Source: Ruminococcus sp.
GTDB taxonomy: Bacteria > Bacillota > Clostridia > Oscillospirales > Ruminococcaceae
DNA length: 40,512 bases
NCBI GenBank assembly: GCA_017443395.1
Contig: JAFRXR010000167.1
Span: forward strand, 1-40,512
Reading direction: 5' to 3'
Each line of letters begins with the position of its first letter. Position 1 is the stretch's first letter. Below the pieces are notes generated by a model. That model saw only the letters and a program-made list of their open reading frames with translations. It ran no database searches and was not told the DNA's origin. The translations under genes and the position numbers were made by a program. Below, piece after piece: positions 9,618 to 17,735 of this stretch.

Positions 9618-10879
9618 TCCTTGTCCTCCTTGTCATACATAATGTATATGCTGTCGAGCGCCAGCGAATTCGCAGCCTGTACGATACGCGCCTTCGTCAC
9701 GCCCTGATATTCCCTGAACTCCTCCTCAGGGGTGAGCTGTCTGCCGTCGCAGAATCGCTCAAAGTACCATGAGGAATACGATGATGGTGTGTCCCCGACC
9801 TGCGTCAGTGCGTTGTCGAGGGTGAGCAGCGCGCTGGACATCTCCTCGTCGGTGATATTGCCCTTGCGTATCTCGTCGAGCTGGCGGAGGATCTCGTCCT
9901 TCGCCTTGCCGATGCTGCTGCGCTCAACGCCGCTGTCTACCATAAGGGCGCCCTTCGGAGTGATCAGGCGGCTCGCGCAGTAGTAGCACAGGCTGAGCTT
10001 CTCGCGGACGTTCATGAAGAGTTTCGATACGGGCGTCGCGCCGAACAGCGTGTTCAGCATCTTCAGCGCCATGACGTCCTCGGAGGCGGATTTGAACGTG
10101 AGCACCATTTTGCACTGTCTCACGTCGAACTCGTCCGAGAAGGTCTCGGGCTCGCTGCGGACGGGGCTCCTGCCGGTGAAGGTCACGGGCTTTACGCTCC
10201 TGCCGACCGCCGCGAAGCCGTCCTCTATCAGCTTCTGCACGCGCACGTCCTCCTCGGGGGCGACGTAGCTTATCTCGATCTGGGCACTGCTCATCAGTGC
10301 CTTGTAAGCCTCGTAGGCTCCGGCAGCGGTGACTGCCTCGGCTGACTCCTTGGTCCCGTAGCAGGAATTCTCCGCAGGCTCGCCGCGAAAAGCGAATTCT
10401 CCCGCACGCGAGAGCGCGTAGGTGCGCTTGCTGTTGAGCTCCGCGTCGATACGGTCGAGGAGGTCCTTTTTCGTTATCATGAAGGATTCGCTGTCGAAGG
10501 CGCCGTCAGTCACGTTAGGCGCGAAGAGGCAGTCCCGGACGATATTGAGCATACCGCCGCTGATGTCCTCGCCGTCTATGGCGTATTTGTCGCATATCCA
10601 CGAAGCTGAGAGAGTGAGCACCTGCACGTCGCCGCGCTTGACTGCCGAGGAGCTGAGCCCTGAGCCGTAGAGTGCGGAGAGCTGCTCATTGAGCTCCGCG
10701 AGAGTGCGCAGGGAGCTGTTCGAGGTGCTGAGAGCTCCTATGCCGAGCGCGTTCGCTGCCGCTGTGCTGCGGCTGAGCTCGGTGATAAAGCGCACGATAA
10801 GGCTGCACGTCTTGAACTTCCCGTCGATGATCGTCGAGAAGCCGATGTCGCCGGCAAGCCCTGTCCTGTTATATTTCAT
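9614..10879 (-). CDS. M16 family peptidase-like protein (YmfF-like, non-catalytic subunit)
   Basis: KFKT, SKLFMNVREKLSLCYY; no HxxEH; ATGA overlap with the downstream M16 gene. Confidence 0.88.
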   Translation of the reverse strand: MKYNRTGLAGDIGFSTIIDGKFKTCSLIVRFITELSRSTAAANALGIGALSTSNSSLRTLAELNEQLSALYGSGLSSSAVKRGDVQVLTLSASWICDKYAIDGEDISGGMLNIVRDCLFAPNVTDGAFDSESFMITKKDLLDRIDAELNSKRTYALSRAGEFAFRGEPAENSCYGTKESAEAVTAAGAYEAYKALMSSAQIEISYVAPEEDVRVQKLIEDGFAAVGRSVKPVTFTGRSPVRSEPETFSDEFDVRQCKMVLTFKSASEDVMALKMLNTLFGATPVSKLFMNVREKLSLCYYCASRLITPKGALMVDSGVERSSIGKAKDEILRQLDEIRKGNITDEEMSSALLTLDNALTQVGDTPSSYSSWYFERFCDGRQLTPEEEFREYQGVTKARIVQAANSLALDSIYIMYDKEDKE

Positions 10880-11013
10880 TCCGTTACACTCCTGTCATTA
10901 AAAGTACATACAAGCTTATTATATCACAAACGGATCAGGATTACCATAGTTTTTTACGAAATTTTATGTAATTAAATTATTTTGCTGTGTGGATCCTCCC
11001 GTTCCCTGTATTG

Positions 11014-11042
11014 TTGACATTTCACCCGCTATATGGTAAAAT
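11014..11042 (+). promoter_or_regulatory. sigmaA promoter
   Basis: TTGACA-17 nt-TAAAAT with TG extension. Confidence 0.75.
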
Positions 11043-11072
11043 GTCAGTATCATAGAAAAAGAAAGGGAAAAT

Positions 11073-12332
11073 ATGGATAACTCAGACTTATACAAGATAC
11101 TGCTCGTTCTGCTCATGATGATATTCTCGGCGCTGTTCTCAGCCTCCGAGACTGCGTATTCGAGCGTCAATAAGATACGCCTGAAAAACTACGAGGCGCA
11201 GGGCAGCAAAAAAGCCGCCCGCGCCCTTAAACTCGCCAACCGGTTCGATGAGGTGCTCACTGCCGTGCTCATCGGCAACAATATCGTCAACATCGCGACG
11301 TCGTCCGTCAGCACGCTCGTTTTCATCAGCTTCTTCGGCGACAACGGCGCACTTATCTCCACTATCGTGATAACGCTGCTCGTGCTGGTGTTCTGCGAGG
11401 TCATTCCTAAGTCCTATGCCAAGAAAAACGCCGAAAAGCTGGCACTCGCATTCGCTTCGCCGCTCTCGGCTACGGTCGTGCTGTTCAAGCCGCTCGTATT
11501 CCTGCTGAACAAGCTCTCCTCGCTCGTTGCAAAGAGCGAAAACGCTGCCCCGAGCGTCACCGAGGACGAGCTCAAATACATGATCGACGAGATCGAGGAG
11601 CAGGGCGTCATCGAGGAGCAGGAGAGCGAGCTCGTCAAGAGTGCGCTCGAATTCGACGAGATAACCGTCAGCGAGATACTTATCCCCCGCGTCAAGGTCG
11701 TGGGTATACCCGCAGATTCGACTATAGATGAGATCAAGGAGATATTCAGCTCCGAGATGTACTCTCGTCTGCCGGTCTACGAGAAGAGCCTTGACGATAT
11801 CGTTGGTATCATCACCAACAAGGCGTTCTTCAAGATGCTCGTAGAGGGCGGGAGCGATATCCGCACGATCATGCAGGAGGTGCTCCACATCGCCGACACC
11901 AAGCTCATCAGCGAGGCTCTGCGCGATATGCAGCGCTCCAAGGTACACCTTGCGGTCGTGACTGACCAGTACGGCGGCACGAAGGGTATCGTCACGCTCG
12001 AGGATATCATCGAGGAGCTCGTCGGGGAGATCTACGACGAGGACGACGAGATAGAGCACGATATCACTGTGCTCGCGCCGGACAGATTCGAGGTCGCGGG
12101 CGATATGAGCGTGGACGATATGCTCGCGGAGCTCGGCTTCGAGGAGGAGCTCGTGCAGACCGAATGTACGTCGGTAGGCGGCTGGATAACGGACGTCATG
12201 GAGCATATCCCAGAGGCGGGTGAATCTGTGGAGACCTGCGGGTTCCGTCTGACTGCCTCCGAGGTCACAGACCAGACAGTGGACAAGGTCATCGTGGAGA
12301 TACTTCCCCGGACGAACGAGGAAAAGGAATAA
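11073..12332 (+). CDS. HlyC/CorC (CNNM) family membrane protein: DUF21, CBS pair, CorC domain
   Basis: FSASETAYSS, LIGNNIVN, EVIPKS, YSRLPVY, GIVTLEDIIEELVGEIYDE. Confidence 0.93.
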   Translation: MDNSDLYKILLVLLMMIFSALFSASETAYSSVNKIRLKNYEAQGSKKAARALKLANRFDEVLTAVLIGNNIVNIATSSVSTLVFISFFGDNGALISTIVITLLVLVFCEVIPKSYAKKNAEKLALAFASPLSATVVLFKPLVFLLNKLSSLVAKSENAAPSVTEDELKYMIDEIEEQGVIEEQESELVKSALEFDEITVSEILIPRVKVVGIPADSTIDEIKEIFSSEMYSRLPVYEKSLDDIVGIITNKAFFKMLVEGGSDIRTIMQEVLHIADTKLISEALRDMQRSKVHLAVVTDQYGGTKGIVTLEDIIEELVGEIYDEDDEIEHDITVLAPDRFEVAGDMSVDDMLAELGFEEELVQTECTSVGGWITDVMEHIPEAGESVETCGFRLTASEVTDQTVDKVIVEILPRTNEEKE

Positions 12333-12333
12333 C

Positions 12334-12362
12334 AAAAAAGGACTGCCTGAGCAGTCCTTTTT
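12334..12362. terminator. Bidirectional terminator between the CorC-family gene and rplL
   Basis: aaaaaaggactgc-ctga-gcagtccttttt. Confidence 0.85.
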
Positions 12363-12382
12363 CAGTATCATGTAATATGAAA

Positions 12383-12757
12383 TTACTTGATCTCGATAGT
12401 AGCGCCAGCCTCTTCAAACTTAGCCTTGAGCTCGTTAGCCTCAGCCTCGGAAACGCCCTCCTTGATAGCCTTAGGAGCAGCCTCAACTACTTCCTTAGCC
12501 TCCTTAAGGCCAAGACCGAGAACCTCCTTAGCAACCTTGATAACAGCCATCTTAGCGTCACCGAAGGAAGCGAGGATTACGTCGAACTCTGTCTTTGCAG
12601 CCTCAGCAGCACCAGCAGCGCCGCCGGCAGCAGGAGCAGCAGCGATAGCAGCTGTTACGCCGAATTCCTCCTGGATAGCGTCAACGAGCTCGGAAAGCTC
12701 GAGAACGGAAAGGGTCTTGATATCTTCAACGAATTTTGTGATCTTCTCAGAAGCCAT
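12383..12757 (-). CDS. rplL: 50S ribosomal protein L7/L12
   Basis: [15 protein letters not shown], Ala-rich hinge, [17 protein letters not shown]. Confidence 0.98.
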   Translation of the reverse strand: MASEKITKFVEDIKTLSVLELSELVDAIQEEFGVTAAIAAAPAAGGAAGAAEAAKTEFDVILASFGDAKMAVIKVAKEVLGLGLKEAKEVVEAAPKAIKEGVSEAEANELKAKFEEAGATIEIK

Positions 12758-12836
12758 GATAATAATCTCCTTTATAATATTATTTTGCCTTTTGGCATGA
12801 TGTTAAGCTGCGGGAGCATATGCACCCAGATCAAAG

Positions 12837-13346
12837 TCAGGCAGCTTCTTCCGACTTCTTGTCTGCAACAGCCTGGAGTGTTGCAGCGAGCTTCTGCAGG
12901 GGTCCCTGAAGGGAACCAACGAGCTGAGCGAGAAGCACGTCCTTGGACGGGATCTTGGAAAGAGCGATAACTCCTGCCTCATCGTAAACTTCACCCTCAA
13001 CATAGCCTGCCTTGAGGTTGAACTTATCCTCAGACTTCTCAGCGTACTTACCGAGAATTCTTGCGGGAGCAGTCTGGTCGTCGTTGGAGAGAGCGATAGC
13101 GGTAGTACCGTTGAGAGCCTCTTCAAAGCCGTTGAGACCGCAGTTCTGGAAGGCACGGAGAAGGAGCGTATTCTTCTCTACGAAGTAGTGAACGCCCGAC
13201 TCGCGGAGCTCCTTTCTGAGCTTGGTATCCTCCTCAACGTTGATGCCCTTGTAATCAACGAGAACGCCGGAAACGGAGTTCTTGATGAGCTCGGTGAGCT
13301 GCTCGACCTTAGCCTTCTTAGCTTCAAGTACAGCATTGCTTGGCAT
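12837..13346 (-). CDS. rplJ: 50S ribosomal protein L10
   Basis: VDYKGINV..LRKELR..VEKNTLL; ATG 13346 behind GGAGGTGA. Confidence 0.97.
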   Translation of the reverse strand: MPSNAVLEAKKAKVEQLTELIKNSVSGVLVDYKGINVEEDTKLRKELRESGVHYFVEKNTLLLRAFQNCGLNGFEEALNGTTAIALSNDDQTAPARILGKYAEKSEDKFNLKAGYVEGEVYDEAGVIALSKIPSKDVLLAQLVGSLQGPLQKLAATLQAVADKKSEEAA

Positions 13347-13389
13347 AGTGTATTCACCTCCGAATATTTCGTTATCGTATCCGAAGAGC

Positions 13390-13492
13390 AAAAATGTCCT
13401 TTTCCGACAGCTCGGGAAAGGACAATAAATACGTTAAGTATGATTGCAATTCCTCGGCGGGACTTACGGCTTTCGCCTGCCAGCTGTCTTTA
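13390..13492 (-). ncRNA. Ribosomal protein L10 leader (attenuator)
   Basis: AAGACAGCUGG...CCCGCCGAGG motif (13452-13490) typical of Firmicute L10 leaders, then a hairpin 13395-13424 with UUUUU upstream of rplJ. Confidence 0.8.
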
Positions 13493-13531
13493 GAATACGA
13501 TATTATACTGCGTTCTTCACACAGCTTGATA

Positions 13532-13560
13532 ATTATACCATGCTTTACAGGCTTTGTCAA
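13532..13560 (-). promoter_or_regulatory. Consensus sigmaA promoter of rplJL
   Basis: TTGACA-17 nt-TATAAT with TG extension. Confidence 0.88.
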
Positions 13561-13622
13561 GGGGTTTTTGAAAAAAATTCCGAATCCGTGCGGGAAGACG
13601 TTCCCACAGCACAGGGCAGCGA

Positions 13623-13651
13623 TTGACAAAACCGCATTATAATGGTATAAT
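13623..13651 (+). promoter_or_regulatory. Consensus sigmaA promoter of the XRE-cupin-ACS gene
   Basis: TTGACA-17 nt-TATAAT with TG extension; palindrome CATTATAATG in the spacer. Confidence 0.88.
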
Positions 13652-13710
13652 GTACCTTGCGTAAATATGGGACTCAGCGTCCGTGATTTCAAGAAAGGAG
13701 CAGACTTGCA

Positions 13711-16017
13711 ATGAGTGATCTGACAACCCCGGAATTTAAGATAATAGAGGTCGCAGAGCGAATCAAAGCCGTCCGTGAGTCGCTGGGGCTGACTGCCGCA
13801 GAAATGGCTGCCAAGACCGAGATATCCGAGTACGAGTACCTCGCCTACGAGGGCGGTGCAAAGGATTTCAGTTTCACCTTCATATATAAGTTCGCCAACG
13901 TGACAGGCGTCGAGATAACCGACCTCATGGAGGGCGAGAGCCCCCGCATATACAGCTATGACGTAACGAGAAAGGGCGAGGGTCTGCCGATCGCGCGGCG
14001 CAGAGGTCTGAGCTACCTGCGCCTTGCTCCGAAGTTCCGCAACAAGATCGCCGAGCCGTTCCTCGTAACTATACCCTACGTTGATGAGCAGTTCCGCGTG
14101 CCTCACCCGCACACTCACGAGGGTCAGGAGCTGGATATCGTCATCAGCGGTCAGCTCAAGGTGCGCGTGGGTGACAATGTGACTGTCCTCAACGAGGGTG
14201 ATTCGATCTACTATGACAGCTCCGAGCCGCACGACGAATGGGCTGTCGGCGGGAAGGAGTGCAAGTTCTACGCGATAGTTTGCGGTCTGAAGCAGCCGCA
14301 GCACGCTATCCAGCACCTTGAGCCCGAGACGCTCTCCGGCGTCACAAATTTCGACCTTGCGCAGGTGGAGGAGCCTGTCGCGGATAAGTTCGTTAAGACG
14401 TCCACCGACGAAACGGGCGCCCTCACGGGTATCGAGTTCATCGACGACGAGAAGTTCAACTTCGCATTCGACGTTGTGGACAGCCTTGCGGAAAAATGTC
14501 CCGACAAGACCGCTATGATCTACATTTCCGACGATATGCAGGAGCGACGCTTCACCTTCGCGGAGATAAAGAAGTATTCCTGCATGACCGCGAATTACTT
14601 CCTCTCAAAGGGCATAAAGAAGGGCGACAAGGTCATGCTCGTCCTCAAGCGGCACTATCAGTTCTGGTTCTCGATACTCGCGCTCCACAGGATAGGAGCT
14701 GTCGTTATCCCTGCGACCAACCAGCTCGTTCAGCATGACTTCACATACCGCTTCAAGGCGGCTGAGGTAAAGGCTATCGTCTGCACCGGCGACGGCGACG
14801 TCGCACATCAGGTGGACCTCGCAGTCGAGGAGTGCGGCATGGATATCATCAAAATGGTCGCTCACGGCAAGCGTGAGGGCTGGGCCTCCTTCGACGAGAA
14901 AATGGCGAAGTGCAGCGACGTTTTCGAGCGTCCCACAGACCCCGCTCTCCTCTCCTGCGGCAGCGAGCCCATGCTCATGTTCTTCACCTCCGGCACTACA
15001 GGTTACCCGAAGATCGCTATGCACAGCCATAAGTACGCGCTCGGGCACTTCATCACCGCGCGCTACTGGCACAACGTTGACCCGAACGGCATACACTTCA
15101 CGATATCCGATACCGGCTGGGGAAAGGCGCTCTGGGGCAAGCTCTACGGGCAGTGGCTCAGTGAGACCTGCATTTTTGTATACGATTTCGACCGCTTCGA
15201 CGCGCACAAGATACTCCCCATGTTCGCGAAATACAGCATCACGACCTTCTGCGCGCCGCCTACGATGTACCGCTTCTTCATCAAGGAGGACCTCTCCAAA
15301 TATGACCTCTCCTCACTGAAATACGCGACTGTCGCGGGAGAGGCGCTCAACCCCGAGGTGTACAATCAGTTCCTCAATGCGACCGGGGTCAAGCTCATGG
15401 AGGGCTTCGGTCAGACCGAGACCACGCTCTCTATCGGTAACTTCGTCGGCATGAACGCAAAGCCCGGTTCCATGGGCAAGCCGAGCGTGCTGTACGACGT
15501 CGATATCGTTGACCCGGACGGCGTTCCCGTCAAGACCGGCGAGACCGGCGAGATAGTTATCCGCACCTCCGAGGGCACTCCCGACGGGCTCTTCCTCGGA
15601 TACTACAACGACTCCGAAAAGACCGCCGAGGTATGGCATGACGGTCTCTACCACACGGGCGATACCGCATGGCGCGACGAGGACGGCTACTACTGGTATG
15701 TCGGGCGCGTGGACGACGTTATCAAGTCCTCGGGCTACCGAATCGGACCATTCGAGATTGAGAGCGTCATCATGGAGCTCCCCTACGTTCTCGAATGCGG
15801 TGTCAGCGCAGCTCCCGACCCGGTAAGAGGTCAGGTGGTAAAGGCATCGATAGTCCTCGTGAAGGGAACAGTCGGCACCGACGAGCTCAAGAAAGAGATA
15901 CAGGATTACGTCAAGAAGCACACCGCGCCCTACAAGTACCCGCGTATAGTCGAGTTCAGGGAGAGCCTTCCCAAGACCATAAGCGGAAAGATCAAGCGTG
16001 CGGAATTGAAAGGCTGA
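13711..16017 (+). CDS. Fusion: XRE HTH + cupin + AMP-forming (medium/short-chain type) acyl-CoA synthetase
   Basis: RIKAVRESLGLTAAEMA HTH; cupin HTHEGQE...GDSIYYDSSEPH; adenylation motifs FTSGTTGYPK, SDTGWGK, EGFGQTE, YHTGD, GRVDD, PKTISGK; one uninterrupted ORF. Confidence 0.93.
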   Translation: MSDLTTPEFKIIEVAERIKAVRESLGLTAAEMAAKTEISEYEYLAYEGGAKDFSFTFIYKFANVTGVEITDLMEGESPRIYSYDVTRKGEGLPIARRRGLSYLRLAPKFRNKIAEPFLVTIPYVDEQFRVPHPHTHEGQELDIVISGQLKVRVGDNVTVLNEGDSIYYDSSEPHDEWAVGGKECKFYAIVCGLKQPQHAIQHLEPETLSGVTNFDLAQVEEPVADKFVKTSTDETGALTGIEFIDDEKFNFAFDVVDSLAEKCPDKTAMIYISDDMQERRFTFAEIKKYSCMTANYFLSKGIKKGDKVMLVLKRHYQFWFSILALHRIGAVVIPATNQLVQHDFTYRFKAAEVKAIVCTGDGDVAHQVDLAVEECGMDIIKMVAHGKREGWASFDEKMAKCSDVFERPTDPALLSCGSEPMLMFFTSGTTGYPKIAMHSHKYALGHFITARYWHNVDPNGIHFTISDTGWGKALWGKLYGQWLSETCIFVYDFDRFDAHKILPMFAKYSITTFCAPPTMYRFFIKEDLSKYDLSSLKYATVAGEALNPEVYNQFLNATGVKLMEGFGQTETTLSIGNFVGMNAKPGSMGKPSVLYDVDIVDPDGVPVKTGETGEIVIRTSEGTPDGLFLGYYNDSEKTAEVWHDGLYHTGDTAWRDEDGYYWYVGRVDDVIKSSGYRIGPFEIESVIMELPYVLECGVSAAPDPVRGQVVKASIVLVKGTVGTDELKKEIQDYVKKHTAPYKYPRIVEFRESLPKTISGKIKRAELKG

Positions 16018-16025
16018 AAATGAAT

Positions 16026-16058
16026 AAGGCGGACCAGCAGGTCCGCCTTTTGTTTTTT
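16026..16058 (+). terminator. Intrinsic terminator between convergent genes
   Basis: aaggcggacc-agca-ggtccgcctt followed by T-run. Confidence 0.85.
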
Positions 16059-17391
16059 ATTTCTCGGAGTTGATGAACATATCATAAATGCGTCTGATAG
16101 CCTCGGGGAGGTCGTTCTCGCTGACGCCGATGATGACGTTCAGCTCGCTCGAGCCCTGATCTATCATCTTTACGTTTATCCGTGCATGAGCCATTGAAGC
16201 GAAGATACGGGCAACAGTTCCGCGGGTGTTCTTCATTCTGCGTCCAACGACCGCGAGGAGGGCGATACCGTCCTCGATCTCGAGGTGGTCAGGGCTGACG
16301 TCCCTGCGTATGCCTGCGAGCACCTTCTCGCGCACCGGTCCGAGCTTCGCGCTGTCAACGGTAATGCTCATGGTGTCGATACCGGAGGGCATATGCTCGA
16401 ACGAAAGTCCGTTGTCGAACAGTACCTTGAGCACCTTCATGCCGAAGCCGGTCTCACTGTTCATCATGGCCTTTTCGATGTTGATAGTGCTGAAGCCCTT
16501 GCGTCCCGCGATACCGGTAATGGTATGCGAAAGACTCTCGCGGCTGAAGTCGAAGTCGTCGGAAACGATCATCGTGCCGTCGTCCTGCGGGCGGTTAGTG
16601 TTTCTGATGTTTATCGGGATACCTGCCGAGCGCACGGGGAAAATAGCGTCCTCGTGGAGCACGCTCGCACCCATGTATGCAAGCTCGCGGAGCTCACGGT
16701 AGGTGATGACGCCGATAACATCGGGATCCTCGACTATGCGCGGGTCCGCAACGAGGAAGCCGGAAACGTCCGTCCAGTTCTCGTAGATGTCAGCCTTGAC
16801 TGCGTTCGCGATGATCGAGCCGGTAACGTCAGAGCCGCCGCGCGAGAATGTCTTGATATAGCCCTCTGTGGTCCTTCCGTAGAAGCCGGGGATAACTGCG
16901 TTGTCGAGTCCGCTGAGCCTTGCGCGGACTGCCTTGACGGTGTCGTCGAGGAGGAGCGAGCCCTTTGTGTCGAAAACGATGACGTCCGCAGCGTCCACGA
17001 AATTGAAGCCGAGGTACTTCGCGAGCACCTTGCCGTTGAGGTACTCACCGCGGCTCGCGGCGAAGTCCTTTGCAGGGCGGGCTTTGAGCTCCCTGACTAT
17101 GGAATCGAACTCGTCCTCAAGGCTCATGTCGATGCCGAGCTCGGAGATTATGCCGTTGTAGCGGTCTCTGATGAGCTGGAAATCGTCGGTGAAGTCCACT
17201 CCGCTGCCGGCGAGCTCACAGCATTTATACAGCATATCCGTGACCTTGACGTCGTCGGAAAAGCGCTTGCCCGGCGCGGACGGTACGACGTACTTACGCT
17301 TGTCGTCGCTCTTGATTATGTCTGCTACCTTTCTGAACTGATTGGCGTCCGCGAGGCTGCTTCCGCCGAATTTTACTACTTTATTGCCCAT
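16057..17391 (-). CDS. Aspartate kinase (monofunctional, two ACT domains)
   Basis: KFGGSSLA, PSAPG, TFSRGGSDVTG, WTDVSG..ADPR, C-terminal ACT domains. Confidence 0.95.
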   Translation of the reverse strand: MGNKVVKFGGSSLADANQFRKVADIIKSDDKRKYVVPSAPGKRFSDDVKVTDMLYKCCELAGSGVDFTDDFQLIRDRYNGIISELGIDMSLEDEFDSIVRELKARPAKDFAASRGEYLNGKVLAKYLGFNFVDAADVIVFDTKGSLLLDDTVKAVRARLSGLDNAVIPGFYGRTTEGYIKTFSRGGSDVTGSIIANAVKADIYENWTDVSGFLVADPRIVEDPDVIGVITYRELRELAYMGASVLHEDAIFPVRSAGIPINIRNTNRPQDDGTMIVSDDFDFSRESLSHTITGIAGRKGFSTINIEKAMMNSETGFGMKVLKVLFDNGLSFEHMPSGIDTMSITVDSAKLGPVREKVLAGIRRDVSPDHLEIEDGIALLAVVGRRMKNTRGTVARIFASMAHARINVKMIDQGSSELNVIIGVSENDLPEAIRRIYDMFINSEK

Positions 17392-17431
17392 GTTTATCTT
17401 CCTTTTCGCATAGTATGATATTCTATTGTCA

Positions 17432-17460
17432 ATTATATATCAGTTTCCCGCGAAAATCAA
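17432..17460 (-). promoter_or_regulatory. sigmaA promoter of aspartokinase
   Basis: TTGATT-17 nt-TATAAT on the minus strand. Confidence 0.7.
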
Positions 17461-17550
17461 TTGATATAAAAGACAAACATTCAGACGGGACGATGTGTGT
17501 TTTTGGTGAATACGCCTGTCCGCGAGCGGCGGACAGGCACGAAAATGTCA

Positions 17551-17723
17551 TGTAGGGACCGCCTTTGGCGGTCCGCAGGTCATTTCGTTGCCCGCAGACG
17601 CCCAAAGGGCGCCCCTACAGGTATGTTCAGGCACGTCTTTGTAGGGGAGCATTCCGTGCGCCCGCCGGTATTAGTCGATTGTCGTCAGGAATTGTGTGGG
17701 ACGCCGTGGCAGTGTCACCTATA
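17551..17723. repeat. Two tandem GTAG-type REPIN units
   Basis: tgtagggaccgcc-ttt-ggcggtccgc ... gcagacgcccaaagggcgcccctaca (17551-17619); a more decayed tgtagggg...cctata unit (17640-17723). Confidence 0.75.
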
Positions 17724-17735
17724 TTTTAATATGAT

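Noticed and set aside
11073-12332. Haemolysin/toxin interpretation
   Set aside because: Architecture is the CNNM/CorC Mg-transport family; the haemolysin label is a legacy annotation
17392-17550. Possible lysine riboswitch before aspartokinase
   Set aside because: The promoter lies about 40 nt from the ATG, leaving no room; upstream hairpins are REP-like
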